Assembly (NCBI GenBank): GCA_040373665.1
Contig: JBEICA010000003.1
Span: 1 to 41,083 of the forward strand
Reading direction: 5' to 3'
Source of the DNA: Burkholderiales bacterium
GTDB lineage: Bacteria > Pseudomonadota > Gammaproteobacteria > Burkholderiales > Ga0077523
Length of the DNA stretch: 41,083 nucleotides
The notes under the pieces are model-generated. The model was not told where the DNA came from. It saw nothing but the letters and a program-made list of their open reading frames with translations, and searched no databases. The translations under genes were made by a program, and so were the position numbers. This document shows, one piece after another, positions 1 to 10,988 of the stretch (positions are counted from its first letter, which is position 1; each line of letters begins with the position of its first letter).

Positions 1-397
1 GGAAGCCTTCCGCCTCGCATTGCGTGAACAGGCCGTCGCGCGACTGGAACAGGCCCATGAGCCGAGTGTTGCCGTAGGGATCGATGCGCGTGACGGTGCG
101 CAGCGTGAACGCCGTTGCGGTGGTCCTGAGCACCAGCCGTGTGGCATCGACCTCGAATTCGCCCGCGGCCAGTGGCCGTCCGTCGATGGACACCGATTCC
201 AGCGACAGATCGTCGCCATCGAGGACCAGGGGCACGGCCGTACCGGCCTCGGCGGCCGTGTTCCGGCGCATCGCGAGAACGGCAGTGACCAGCGCGTAGT
301 CAGCCTGGATGTCGACGTCGAGTTCGACGGTGTCGACGAGGTAGGCCGGCGGCGTGTAGTCATCCAGCCGGATGAGGGTGGGGGCGGGGTCGCGCAT
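1..397 (-). CDS. pepN: Aminopeptidase N (5' part; runs off window start)
   Basis: Not in ORF track. Manual translation from ATG at 397 gives MRDPAPTLIRLDDYTPPAYLVDTVELD...LVLDG...NTRLMGLFQSRDGLFTQCEAEGF, matching the PepN N-terminus and the TQCEAEGF motif. Confidence 0.93.
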   Translation of the reverse strand, partial: MRDPAPTLIRLDDYTPPAYLVDTVELDVDIQADYALVTAVLAMRRNTAAEAGTAVPLVLDGDDLSLESVSIDGRPLAAGEFEVDATRLVLRTTATAFTLRTVTRIDPYGNTRLMGLFQSRDGLFTQCEAEGF

Positions 398-469
398 CGG
401 GCGGGGCTCCGTGGGTTCGCGGGTGGCAGGGGATGCCGGAAGTCGCGCCCGGGGAGGGCACGGCGGGCA

Positions 470-961
470 TCAGGACTCCCCCGGCGCGGGGCCGGCGGAT
501 CGGAAGAAGGACTCCAGACGGCCGCGGTCGAGGCCGCTCATGCGCGCCACGACGCCAGCCGAGGCCAGCGCCCAGTCGGCCTCGCAGGAGGCCAGCACCG
601 GGCCTTCCGGCAGGCGCACCTCGGCGCGGGTGGAGGCGTGACGGCCACGCCGGGACACCACCCAGGCCTCCAGGCACAGCCGCTGGCCGATGCGCACCGG
701 GCTGTGGAATTCCACCTCCATGCGCGTGGTCAGGCCGAGGCGGCCGGCATGCATGATCAAGGCCCAGGCTGCGGTCTCGTCCAGCAGGGTCGAGACGATG
801 CCGCCGTGGGCCATGCCCTCCAACCCGCAGTGTCGCGCTTCGAGGGTGTGGTTCGCCTCGCAGCCGGCCGTCGTCCGCCGGAAGCGCAAGTGGAGCCCGG
901 CGGGATTGTCCGGGGAACAGCCGAAACACTGGCCGGGCCATCGGGGGGTGTCTTCGATCAC
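470..961 (-). CDS. PaaI-family (hotdog-fold) thioesterase
   Basis: CFGCSPDNPAGL and AHGGIVSTLLDE motifs; GTG start at 961 chosen inside ORF 470..1156. Confidence 0.85.
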   Translation of the reverse strand: MIEDTPRWPGQCFGCSPDNPAGLHLRFRRTTAGCEANHTLEARHCGLEGMAHGGIVSTLLDETAAWALIMHAGRLGLTTRMEVEFHSPVRIGQRLCLEAWVVSRRGRHASTRAEVRLPEGPVLASCEADWALASAGVVARMSGLDRGRLESFFRSAGPAPGES

Positions 962-1118
962 GCCTGTCTGCAGGGTATGCGGTGTCGGGGAGCGGATTGG
1001 TTTCCACCGCGGCCACCGGGACGCAGGCCGGGTGGCCGGCATGACGTGGATCAAATCGGCGTCACGCGCCCATGTGGCATCCTCGCGATTCCGAAGTTCC
1101 AGCGACGGGAGCGAAGCG

Positions 1119-1982
1119 ATGATCCCAGAAGTGAAGGCATTTTTCGATGATGCCACCTGGACCCTGAGCTACGTGGCATGGCATCCCGACACCGGGGACG
1201 CGGTGGTGATCGATCCGGTGCTCGAGTACGACCCGGCGGCCTCCCGGGTGTCCTACGGTCCGATCGATCAGATTGCCGGGTTCATCCGCGAAGGCGGCCT
1301 GCGCCTGCACTGGATACTCGACACCCACGCGCACGCCGACCATCTCACCGGCTCGCAGGCGCTGAAGGATCGCTTCCCCGCGGCCTCGGTGGCGATCGGC
1401 TCGGGCATCCTGCAGGTCCAGTCGCTGTTCAGCCGGATTCTCAACCTCGGCCCCTCGTTCCCGGTCGACGGCCGACAGTTCGACCGGCTGCTGCGCGATG
1501 GCGAGGTGCTGCGTGCCGGTGCCCTGGAGGTCCGTGCCCTGGCCACGCCCGGCCATACGCCGGCCTGCATGTGCTTCCTCGTGGGTGACGCCGTGTTCAC
1601 CGGCGACACGCTGTTCATGCCCGACTACGGGGTCGGCCGTTGTGATTTTCCGGGGGGCAGCGCGGCCGATCTGTTCGATTCGATCACCGCCAAGCTCTAC
1701 GCCCTGCCTGAGCAGACCCGCGTCTTCGTCGGTCACGACTACCAGCCCGGCGGGCGCGACGTCCTCTGGGAGACCACCATCGGCGAGGAAAAGCGCGGCA
1801 ACGTCCAACTGCCGTCCGGTGAGTCGCGCGAGGGCTTCGTCGAGTTCCGTCAGGCCCGCGACCGACGGCTGAATGCGCCTCGGCTGCTCTATCCGAGCAT
1901 CCAGTTCAACATGAACGCAGGGCGCATGCCCGAGCCCGAGGACAACGGCAACCGATACCTCAAGATCCCGCTGCGCGCCTGA
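1119..1982 (+). CDS. MBL-fold metallo-hydrolase, persulfide (sulfur) dioxygenase-like
   Basis: THAHADH, TPGHT, FTGDTLFMPDYGVGRCDFPGG and GHDY motifs; C-terminal NGNRYLKIP typical of Blh/SdoA-type enzymes. Confidence 0.88.
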   Translation: MIPEVKAFFDDATWTLSYVAWHPDTGDAVVIDPVLEYDPAASRVSYGPIDQIAGFIREGGLRLHWILDTHAHADHLTGSQALKDRFPAASVAIGSGILQVQSLFSRILNLGPSFPVDGRQFDRLLRDGEVLRAGALEVRALATPGHTPACMCFLVGDAVFTGDTLFMPDYGVGRCDFPGGSAADLFDSITAKLYALPEQTRVFVGHDYQPGGRDVLWETTIGEEKRGNVQLPSGESREGFVEFRQARDRRLNAPRLLYPSIQFNMNAGRMPEPEDNGNRYLKIPLRA

Positions 1983-2231
1983 CATCCGCCCGCCGGGCGA
2001 AGAGCGGGCCCCCGACACCCATCACACAACCTGATCGAAGTCCGCGCCCGGGTGTGCGCCCTGCGCTCCGGGTGCGTGAGCTTGCGCGTATCATCCGTCG
2101 GTTTCCGGCCAACAGGGCCGGCGCCTGCGCGTCTTGCCCCGCGGCAACGCCCTGCTGGTTTGGGGCATCCACTGCGAATGCGCGCGCCACAGCCGTCTTT
2201 GTGGAGATCCCCGTTGAAGTCACTCGCGCGT

Positions 2232-2654
2232 ATGCCCCGTGTTCTGTTCGTCGCCTTGTTGTCGGTGTCATCCCTCGCCGACGGCGGGCGCTGCGCGCGG
2301 GCCGCGGACGAGGCTGAAGACAATCCCGGGATCGGAGCCGGGCCCCTGACGGGGAGCTACCAGGGCCTCGTGTTGAACGGGGACGATTTCGATCCGGTAC
2401 TCACGGCGTTCTACCGGAATGCGTCCGGTCTTTGGTCAGGCACCTACGCGATCGGCGAAGAGGATGGCATCCAGGTCGGGGTGCTCGACGAATGCGAATG
2501 GGAGGCCGCCTACCTGTTGCGCTGCAACTGGGGTGACGCCCAGGGTAGCGGCGTCGTGCGCTGGCTGTTTTCCTCCGACTACCGGGCGTTTCGTGGCTAC
2601 TGGGGCGAGAATGCCGAGTCCACGAGCGTGCCGTGGGATGGTCTGAAGCAATAG
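2232..2654 (+). CDS. Hypothetical, probably secreted Trp/Gly-rich beta protein
   Basis: Hydrophobic N-terminus; protein-like composition; ends 9 bp before the next gene. Confidence 0.6.
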   Translation: MPRVLFVALLSVSSLADGGRCARAADEAEDNPGIGAGPLTGSYQGLVLNGDDFDPVLTAFYRNASGLWSGTYAIGEEDGIQVGVLDECEWEAAYLLRCNWGDAQGSGVVRWLFSSDYRAFRGYWGENAESTSVPWDGLKQ

Positions 2655-2663
2655 GCGCCGGCC

Positions 2664-3701
2664 ATGGACCTGCTCCAGACCCTGGGCCTCCAGGTGCCCG
2701 TGATCCAGGCTCCCATGGCCGGCCATCAGGCCGGAGCCATGGCGCTGGCGGTGTCCGAGGCCGGCGGGCTGGGTTCCCTGCCGTGCGCCACGCTGTCGGC
2801 TGAAGGCATCGGCCGTGAACTGCAGACACTCGCCGAGGCCACCGATCGGCCCGTGAATGTCAATTTCTTCGTGCACGAGGTCCCGCCCGAGGACCACGCC
2901 CGGGAGATGGCCTGGCGCACGACACTTGCGCCCTGGTACGCCGAGTTCGGCATTGACGCCGGCGCCATCCGGACGGCGCCCGGGCGTTCTCCGTTTGATG
3001 CCGCCGCCGCCGAGGTGCTGGCGCGATTCCGCCCGGGCGTGGTGAGTTTCCACTTCGGCCTGCCGGCCCCGGACCTGCTGGCGCGCGTGAAGTCCTGGGG
3101 CAGCCTGGTCATGGCCTCCGCCACCACCGTCGACGAGGCGCGATGGCTGGAGGCGCGCGGCGCAGACATCATCATTGCCCAGGGTGTAGAGGCCGGGGGG
3201 CACCGCGGCATGTTCCTCAGCGAGGACATTACCACCCAGATGGGCACCCTCACCCTCGTTCCCCAGGTGGTGCGCGCCGTGCGCCTGCCCGTTGTCGCCG
3301 CCGGGGGAATTGCCGACGCTGCCGGGGTGCGTGCGGCCCTTACACTGGGTGCCAGCGCGGCACAGGTCGGTACGGCGTTTCTGCTCTGTCCGGAGGCGAC
3401 CATCAGCGAGGTGCACCGGCGTGCCCTCGCCAGCCCGGCGGCGGGCCATACCGCGCTCACCAACCTGTTCACCGGGCGCCCCGCCCGCGGCATCTTCAAC
3501 CGCGCCATGCGCGAGCTCGGCTCCATGCGCGACGACGTGCCGCGCTTTCCCCTCGCCACAACCGCCATGGCCCCGCTGCGCAGCGCTGCCGAGGCTGCGG
3601 GCAGTGGCGATTTCTCGCCCTTGTGGTCGGGTCAGAACGCCAGTGGCTGCCGGCCGATGCCTGCCGGCCGGCTTGCGCGCGCACTCGGCGGTCTCGACTG
3701 A
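2664..3701 (+). CDS. Nitronate monooxygenase family flavoprotein
   Basis: PVIQAPMAG, VSFHFGLP, QGVEAGGHRG, AAGGIAD, TNLFTGRPARG and LWSGQ motifs. Confidence 0.93.
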   Translation: MDLLQTLGLQVPVIQAPMAGHQAGAMALAVSEAGGLGSLPCATLSAEGIGRELQTLAEATDRPVNVNFFVHEVPPEDHAREMAWRTTLAPWYAEFGIDAGAIRTAPGRSPFDAAAAEVLARFRPGVVSFHFGLPAPDLLARVKSWGSLVMASATTVDEARWLEARGADIIIAQGVEAGGHRGMFLSEDITTQMGTLTLVPQVVRAVRLPVVAAGGIADAAGVRAALTLGASAAQVGTAFLLCPEATISEVHRRALASPAAGHTALTNLFTGRPARGIFNRAMRELGSMRDDVPRFPLATTAMAPLRSAAEAAGSGDFSPLWSGQNASGCRPMPAGRLARALGGLD

Positions 3702-3810
3702 GACCCTGAGCGCACCTGCCGCCCGCCGGCCGGCCTCGTCCCCGGGGCATCGCCGGAGCACCGGTATTCCTGCCGGCTGGCACGTGTGGATGCCGGTATC
3801 GGCGCGACTC

Positions 3811-3827
3811 CGTTACACTTCGTTACA
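3811..3827 (+). promoter_or_regulatory. Direct repeat CGTTACA-N3-CGTTACA, candidate OmpR/PhoB-family response-regulator site
   Basis: Two heptamers with 10-bp period, about 25 bp upstream of the SulP ATG. Confidence 0.45.
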
Positions 3828-3851
3828 TTCAGGTCCTTGCAGGGCTCGAAC

Positions 3852-5510
3852 ATGATTGCACTGAAGGAGGCGTGGCACGCCGGGCTCCTCGGGCGCGGGC
3901 ACTGGATGCCCAACATCGTCTCGGGTCTGATCGTGGGAGTCGTCGCGCTGCCGCTGGCCATGGCTTTCGCGATTGCCAGCGGGGCCAAGCCGGAGCAGGG
4001 CCTGTACACAGCGATCGTCGCCGGCTTCCTGGTGTCGGCTCTGGGGGGCAGCAGGTTGCAGATCGCCGGTCCAACCGGCGCCTTCATCGTCATCCTGTCG
4101 GGCATCACGGCGAAGCACGGCATCGACGGTCTGCAGATCGCCACGCTGATGGCGGGTTTCATGCTGCTGGGCATGGGTCTGGCCCGGATGGGCGCGGTGA
4201 TACGCTTCATCCCGGCACCGGTGATCGTCGGGTTCACTGCCGGCATCGGGGTCATCATCTGGGTCGGGCAGTGGCGTTATTTCTTCGGCCTGCCCGCGCC
4301 GGCGGGCGAGCATTTCCACGAAAGGCTCTGGGCGCTGCTGCAGTCCTTTCCCGGTCTGCACCCGGCCACCACCGGTCTGGCCATCGCCAGTCTGGTGACG
4401 GTGCTGTTTGCGCCGAGACTGCCCGGCCTGAAGCGGGTGCCCGGACCCCTGGTGGCCATGGTGCTCGCGACAACCGCGCAGGTGATGTTCGGTCTCGAGG
4501 GCGTCACCACGATCGGCAGCGCCTTCGGAGGCATTCCGCGCGGACTGCCATCCTTTTCCATTCCCGAGGTCACGCCCGCGCGGGTGGTCGAATTGATCGG
4601 CCCGGCGTTCACCGTGGCGATGCTGGGCGCCATCGAGTCGCTGCTCTCTGCCGTGGTGGCCGATGGCATGGCGGGCACCCGCCACGACTCCAACCAGGAA
4701 CTGGTGGGGCAGGGCATCGCCAACATCGCCGCGCCGCTGTTCGGCGGCTTCGCCGCCACCGGGGCCATCGCCCGCACTGCGACCAATGTCCGCAACGGTG
4801 GCACCGGGCCGATCGCCGGCATGACCCACGCCCTCACCCTGGTGCTCATCATCCTGTTCCTCGCCCCGCTCGCGGCCCACATTCCCCTCGCCGCGCTGGC
4901 CGCCATCCTGTTCGTGGTGGCCTACAACATGAGCGAACTGAAGCACTTCGCAAGGATGGTGCGGCGGGCGCCACGGGCCGACGTGGTCATCCTGGTGATC
5001 ACCTTCGTGCTGACCGTATTCGCCGATCTGGTCGTGGCGGTGAACATCGGTGTCATCCTGGCGACGCTGCACTTCCTGCGACGCATGGCGGCGTCGGTGG
5101 AGGTCAAGCCCGTGCCCGGCCGTGAACTGGCCCAGGCGCTCGGGCAGACGGAGGACGCTCCGCTCCCGGACGGCGTACTGGTCTATGCCATCGACGGACC
5201 GTTCTTCTTCGCTGCGGTCGAGCAGTTCGAGCTCGCTCTTGCCGTCACGCAATCCGATCCCCGGGCGGTGGTGATCCGCCTCGGGCGGGTGCCGTTCATG
5301 GACATCACCGGACTGCAGGCCCTGGAGGAGGTCGCCGACAAACTGCGGCGGCGGGGTGTCAGGGTGGTGATGTGCGAAGCCAACGATCTGGTTCGGGGCA
5401 AGCTGGAGCGCGCCGGGATCCCCGCCATGTTGGGCAAGGGCGGCTACGCGGACGACCTCGCTACGGCCCTGCGTCAGTGCGCCCCGGGCGTTGCACCGAA
5501 CAGCGCCTGA
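3852..5510 (+). CDS. SulP-family anion permease with STAS domain
   Basis: GLIVGVVALPLAMAFAIASG, GPTGAF, ESLLSAVVAD, NQELVGQG; C-terminal STAS (IDGPFFFAA, VPFMDITG). Confidence 0.95.
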   Translation: MIALKEAWHAGLLGRGHWMPNIVSGLIVGVVALPLAMAFAIASGAKPEQGLYTAIVAGFLVSALGGSRLQIAGPTGAFIVILSGITAKHGIDGLQIATLMAGFMLLGMGLARMGAVIRFIPAPVIVGFTAGIGVIIWVGQWRYFFGLPAPAGEHFHERLWALLQSFPGLHPATTGLAIASLVTVLFAPRLPGLKRVPGPLVAMVLATTAQVMFGLEGVTTIGSAFGGIPRGLPSFSIPEVTPARVVELIGPAFTVAMLGAIESLLSAVVADGMAGTRHDSNQELVGQGIANIAAPLFGGFAATGAIARTATNVRNGGTGPIAGMTHALTLVLIILFLAPLAAHIPLAALAAILFVVAYNMSELKHFARMVRRAPRADVVILVITFVLTVFADLVVAVNIGVILATLHFLRRMAASVEVKPVPGRELAQALGQTEDAPLPDGVLVYAIDGPFFFAAVEQFELALAVTQSDPRAVVIRLGRVPFMDITGLQALEEVADKLRRRGVRVVMCEANDLVRGKLERAGIPAMLGKGGYADDLATALRQCAPGVAPNSA

Positions 5511-5604
5511 TGGCCGCAACCGCAACTGCAACGCCAACCGAGGCGGCGCGGTGGGGATATCGGCGTCGCCCACGCGGCATGCCTGCCCCCGCCGCGGTCG
5601 AGGC

Positions 5605-6237
5605 TCAGCGCTTGTCGCGCCAGACCTCGGCCAGCCGTGCGTCGCGGCCGCAGGATGTCCGGTACACCTTGTAGCGGATCGGATTCTTGCGGTAGTAGTC
5701 CTGGTGGTACTCCTCGGCCGGGTGGAACGTCCCCGCCGGCACCACCTCGGTGTGAATGCGCGCGAAGCGGCCGCTGCGCTCCAGGGCAGCCTTGCTCGCC
5801 TCGGCCGCCTGGCGCTGTGCCTCACCCAGGGTGAAGATCCCGCTGCGGTACTGCGAGCCGGCGTCGCAGAACTGGCGGTCCTTCACGGTCGGGTCGATGT
5901 TGCGCCAGAAGTGCTCCAGCAACTGTTCATAACTCACACGCGCCGGATCGAAGACGACGCGCACCGCCTCCGCGTGACCGGTGCCGCCTGCGCTCACCTG
6001 CTCATAGGTGGGGGCGGGAGTGTGGCCGCCGATGTATCCCGACTCCGCCGAGAGCACCCCCGGCACTTTCTCGAAATCCGCCTCGACGCACCAGAAACAG
6101 CCACCGGCGAAGATGGCCGTGGCCGTGCGTCCGGGCTTGCCGCCGGCGTCGTCTGCGGCGTGTGGCGTCGCCGGCTGCAGGGCGGTCAGTCCCAGCCCCA
6201 GAATCGCCCCGAGCGCGAGGCGGCGTGCCGGGCTCAT
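5605..6237 (-). CDS. msrA: Peptide methionine-(S)-sulfoxide reductase with signal peptide
   Basis: AGGCFWC, GHAEAV, QYRSGIF and AEEYHQDY motifs; hydrophobic N-terminus. Confidence 0.96.
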   Translation of the reverse strand: MSPARRLALGAILGLGLTALQPATPHAADDAGGKPGRTATAIFAGGCFWCVEADFEKVPGVLSAESGYIGGHTPAPTYEQVSAGGTGHAEAVRVVFDPARVSYEQLLEHFWRNIDPTVKDRQFCDAGSQYRSGIFTLGEAQRQAAEASKAALERSGRFARIHTEVVPAGTFHPAEEYHQDYYRKNPIRYKVYRTSCGRDARLAEVWRDKR

Positions 6238-6731
6238 GTGCGCAGCGCCGGCAGAGGCTCACCCCGGGGCACGAACTGCAGGGCGAGACCGTTGTTGCAG
6301 TAACGCAGGCCGGTAGGCTTCGGGCCGTCGTCGAACACGTGACCCTGATGCCCGCCGCAACGCGCACAGTGGTACTCGGTGCGTGGCCACACCAGCTTGA
6401 AATCGCGCTTGGTGCCCAGCGCGCCGGACCGGCCATCCCAGAAGCTCGGCCAGCCGGTGCCGCTGTCGTACTTGCGGTCGGCGTCGAACAGGGGAAGGAA
6501 ACAGGCTGCACAGACGAAGGTGCCGTCGCGCTTCTCGCGGTTCAGCGGGCTGGTGTGCGGCGCCTCGGTGTCTTCCTCGAACAGGATGGCGTAGCGCTCC
6601 GGAGGCAGCAGGTTCTTCCACTCGGCGCGGCTCTTCTTGAGGGTTGGCGCTGCGGCCACCGCACCCCCGAATGGGGCCGGGCCCAGGGCGACGGGCAGGA
6701 GCAGCAGGTTCATGAAGCGACGGCGATGCAT
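6234..6731 (-). CDS. msrB: Peptide methionine-(R)-sulfoxide reductase with Tat-like leader
   Basis: KYDSGTGWPSF, GHQGHVFDDGP and RYCNNG motifs; two CxxC; MHRRRFM leader; 4-nt overlap with msrA. Confidence 0.96.
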   Translation of the reverse strand: MHRRRFMNLLLLPVALGPAPFGGAVAAAPTLKKSRAEWKNLLPPERYAILFEEDTEAPHTSPLNREKRDGTFVCAACFLPLFDADRKYDSGTGWPSFWDGRSGALGTKRDFKLVWPRTEYHCARCGGHQGHVFDDGPKPTGLRYCNNGLALQFVPRGEPLPALRT

Positions 6732-6788
6732 GGCAGCCCTTGTTCGCAAAACGTGACAGCTCGTTTGAGCATGGCCGCAGGCTGGAGT

Positions 6789-8105
6789 TCAGCCCTGGCG
6801 CGGCAGCGCGACCGTCTCGGGCGGTGGGGTGGTGGCGCGCACCGCGCGCCAGGCGATCACTGCGGACACGAAGGCGCAGCCCGACAGGAACAGCAGACCC
6901 ATCTCGAAGCTGCGGGTGCTGTCCTTGATCCAGCCCACCACGAAAGGACCGACGTAGCCGCCGATGTTGCCGATGGAATTGATGAGCGCCAGGCCTGCCG
7001 CGGCCGCCGTGCCGGTGAGGAACAGCGAGGGCATGGGCCAGAAGGTCAGGCGGCACCCGTACAGGCCAAGGGTCGCTACGGACATCGCGGCGACAGCGAA
7101 CAGCGACTGGCTGAACAGGCCCGCCAGCAGCAGTCCGGTTGCGCCTATGAGGGTGGCCGCGATGAGGTGTCGCCTGCGTTCGTTGCGGCGGTCGGAGGAC
7201 CAGCCCCACGCCACCAGGCCGATCAGGCCGATGGTGTAGGGGATGGCCGTGACGAAGCCTGTGGCGAGGTTGGACAGGCCCATGCCCTTCACGATCTGCG
7301 GCATGAAAAAGACGATGCCGTAGCTGGCAGTCACGTTGGTGAGGTAGATGAGGGACAGGGCCATCACGCGCCGGTCGGTGAGGGCCTGCAGCAGGCTGGC
7401 GATGCCGTGTTGTGCCACCGCGTCGCGCTCCGACTGGAGCCGGGCCTCCAGCCAGGTGCGTTCCTCCGGCCTGAGCCAGCTCGCCTCGCGGGGACGGCCG
7501 GTCATGGCCTTGAGGACCACCACGCCAAGCAGTACCGCCGGAATCGCCTCGATGATGAATATCCACTGCCAGCCGCGCAGGCCCCAGACGCCATCCATCT
7601 GCAGCAGCGCCCCGGAGATCATGGAGGCGAGCGCGTTCGACATCGGCACCGCCAGGTAGAGGGTGGAGATGGCGCGCGCCCTGTAGGCGGCTGGAAACCA
7701 GAAGGTCAGGTAGAAGATGATCCCCGGGAAGAAGCCGGCCTCGGCCACCCCCAGCAGGAAGCGCAGCACCAGGAAGCTGGTCGGCCCCGACACGGCGGCC
7801 ATCAGTCCGGAGATGATCCCCCAGGTGATCATGATGCGCGCGATCCAGAGGCGGGCGCTGGTGCGTTGCAGCACCATGTTGCTGGGCACCTCGAACAGCG
7901 CGTAACCGAGGAAGAAGATGCCGGCGCCCCAGCCGTACAGCGTGGCCGAGAAGCCGAGGTCGGCGTTCATGGTGAGCGCAGCGAAGGAGATGTTGGTGCG
8001 GTCGATGTAGGCCACCAGGTAGCCCGCCACCACCAGCGGCAGCAGGCGCCAGGACACCTTGCGCATCAACATCCGTTCCTGCTCGGGCGACAACGGCGAC
8101 TGCAT
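6789..8105 (-). CDS. MFS transporter, anion:cation symporter (TtuB-like)
   Basis: AYIDRTNISFA, FEVPSN, WIARIMITWG, RFLLGVAEAGFFPG and GWQWIFIIE motifs. Confidence 0.93.
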   Translation of the reverse strand: MQSPLSPEQERMLMRKVSWRLLPLVVAGYLVAYIDRTNISFAALTMNADLGFSATLYGWGAGIFFLGYALFEVPSNMVLQRTSARLWIARIMITWGIISGLMAAVSGPTSFLVLRFLLGVAEAGFFPGIIFYLTFWFPAAYRARAISTLYLAVPMSNALASMISGALLQMDGVWGLRGWQWIFIIEAIPAVLLGVVVLKAMTGRPREASWLRPEERTWLEARLQSERDAVAQHGIASLLQALTDRRVMALSLIYLTNVTASYGIVFFMPQIVKGMGLSNLATGFVTAIPYTIGLIGLVAWGWSSDRRNERRRHLIAATLIGATGLLLAGLFSQSLFAVAAMSVATLGLYGCRLTFWPMPSLFLTGTAAAAGLALINSIGNIGGYVGPFVVGWIKDSTRSFEMGLLFLSGCAFVSAVIAWRAVRATTPPPETVALPRQG

Positions 8106-8293
8106 GGTACCTCCCCCGCGTGGTGGCGCTGCAGTGCGTCGGCCCGGGTGGGTCGGCGGCGCTGGCACGATAACCCGCGCCTCGGGCTGCACTCAATGTG
8201 CAGTGCACACCGGACCCGGGGAGAGGGCATGGCCGACGGCCGGGGCAAGTCGACGGTCTACACTGACGTCTGGGTGCGTTTCCGGGGGTTCAT

Positions 8294-8638
8294 GTGATTG
8301 CCGTCATCTTCGAAGTGTGGCCGGCCGACGGCCGGCTGCAGGACTATCTCGACCTCGCCGCCGTGTTGCGGAACGACCTGGAGCACTCGGACGGCTTCAT
8401 CTCGGTGGAGCGCTTCGCCAGCCTGTCGACGCCCGGCAAGTATGTGTCGCTGTCGTTCTGGCGCGACGAGGCGGCAGTGCAGGCCTGGCGCAACCGCGCC
8501 GGGCACCGGCTGGCGCAGGCAAAGGGCCGCGAAGGGGTGTTCGCCGACTACCGGCTGCGGGTGGCGGCGGTGGTGCGTGACTACGGATTGCACGATCGCG
8601 CCCAGGCGCCGCCTGACAGCGTCGCTGTGCATGGGTGA
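8294..8638 (+). CDS. Antibiotic biosynthesis monooxygenase (ABM) family protein
   Basis: MIAVIFEV, DGFISVERF, SLSFWRDE and FADYRLRVA motifs. Confidence 0.9.
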   Translation: MIAVIFEVWPADGRLQDYLDLAAVLRNDLEHSDGFISVERFASLSTPGKYVSLSFWRDEAAVQAWRNRAGHRLAQAKGREGVFADYRLRVAAVVRDYGLHDRAQAPPDSVAVHG

Positions 8639-8697
8639 GGGTGGCGTGCGGCGCAGCGGGCCGGCCGGGCTGGTGCTGATGTGCCAACGCCCTGAAC

Positions 8698-9012
8698 TCA
8701 CCCCGAGGGGGTGAGCGTGCTTCGCCAGGCTCGCGGCGGGCGTTCCGGCCCTTCCGATGTACGACCGCCTGCCACCGGCCGCTCGATGTCCGAGGGAATG
8801 GGCCGCAGGCGCGGCCGTGGCTCCGCGACTGCATCCAGAGGCGACCCGCGCGCGTAGCACGGGCAACTGCTGCGATCGGCCACGCGGGGAACCCCCTGGC
8901 GGCACCAGAACACCGAGGTGCGGGCGGCCGCCACCACGGCGGGAATCATGGTGCCGAATCGGCAGGTGCAACAGAGGGCGGGAACGGTGTCCATGGCGTG
9001 GATCATGGCCAT
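8698..9012 (-). CDS. Possible small Cys-rich hypothetical protein
   Basis: ORF fills the gap after glnS; pattern CCTC...WC...CPC; family not recognised. Confidence 0.3.
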   Translation of the reverse strand: MAMIHAMDTVPALCCTCRFGTMIPAVVAAARTSVFWCRQGVPRVADRSSCPCYARGSPLDAVAEPRPRLRPIPSDIERPVAGGRTSEGPERPPRAWRSTLTPSG

Positions 9013-9087
9013 GGGGGTGGCTCATGGCGTGAGCCAGCCCCCTTGCAGGCCACAGTCCGCGCGCGGGTGCACCCGCGGATGCAACCG

Positions 9088-10851
<1,764 letters not shown>

Positions 10852-10988
10852 CTGGGTTTCCTTGCAGGTGGCGCAGGCATGGGCACGCCGGTCGCGACCC
10901 GGGATTTTACGGTGAAGCCCGACTCAACTCACGCTGCCTGCCGGCGGTCCTCGCCTCCAGGCCGTGCCGTGCGTGAGGACGGTGGCGC

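Noticed and set aside
5514-5537. Degenerate hexamer tandem (CCGCAA-like x4)
   Set aside because: Short, imperfect and between convergent genes; no functional evidence.
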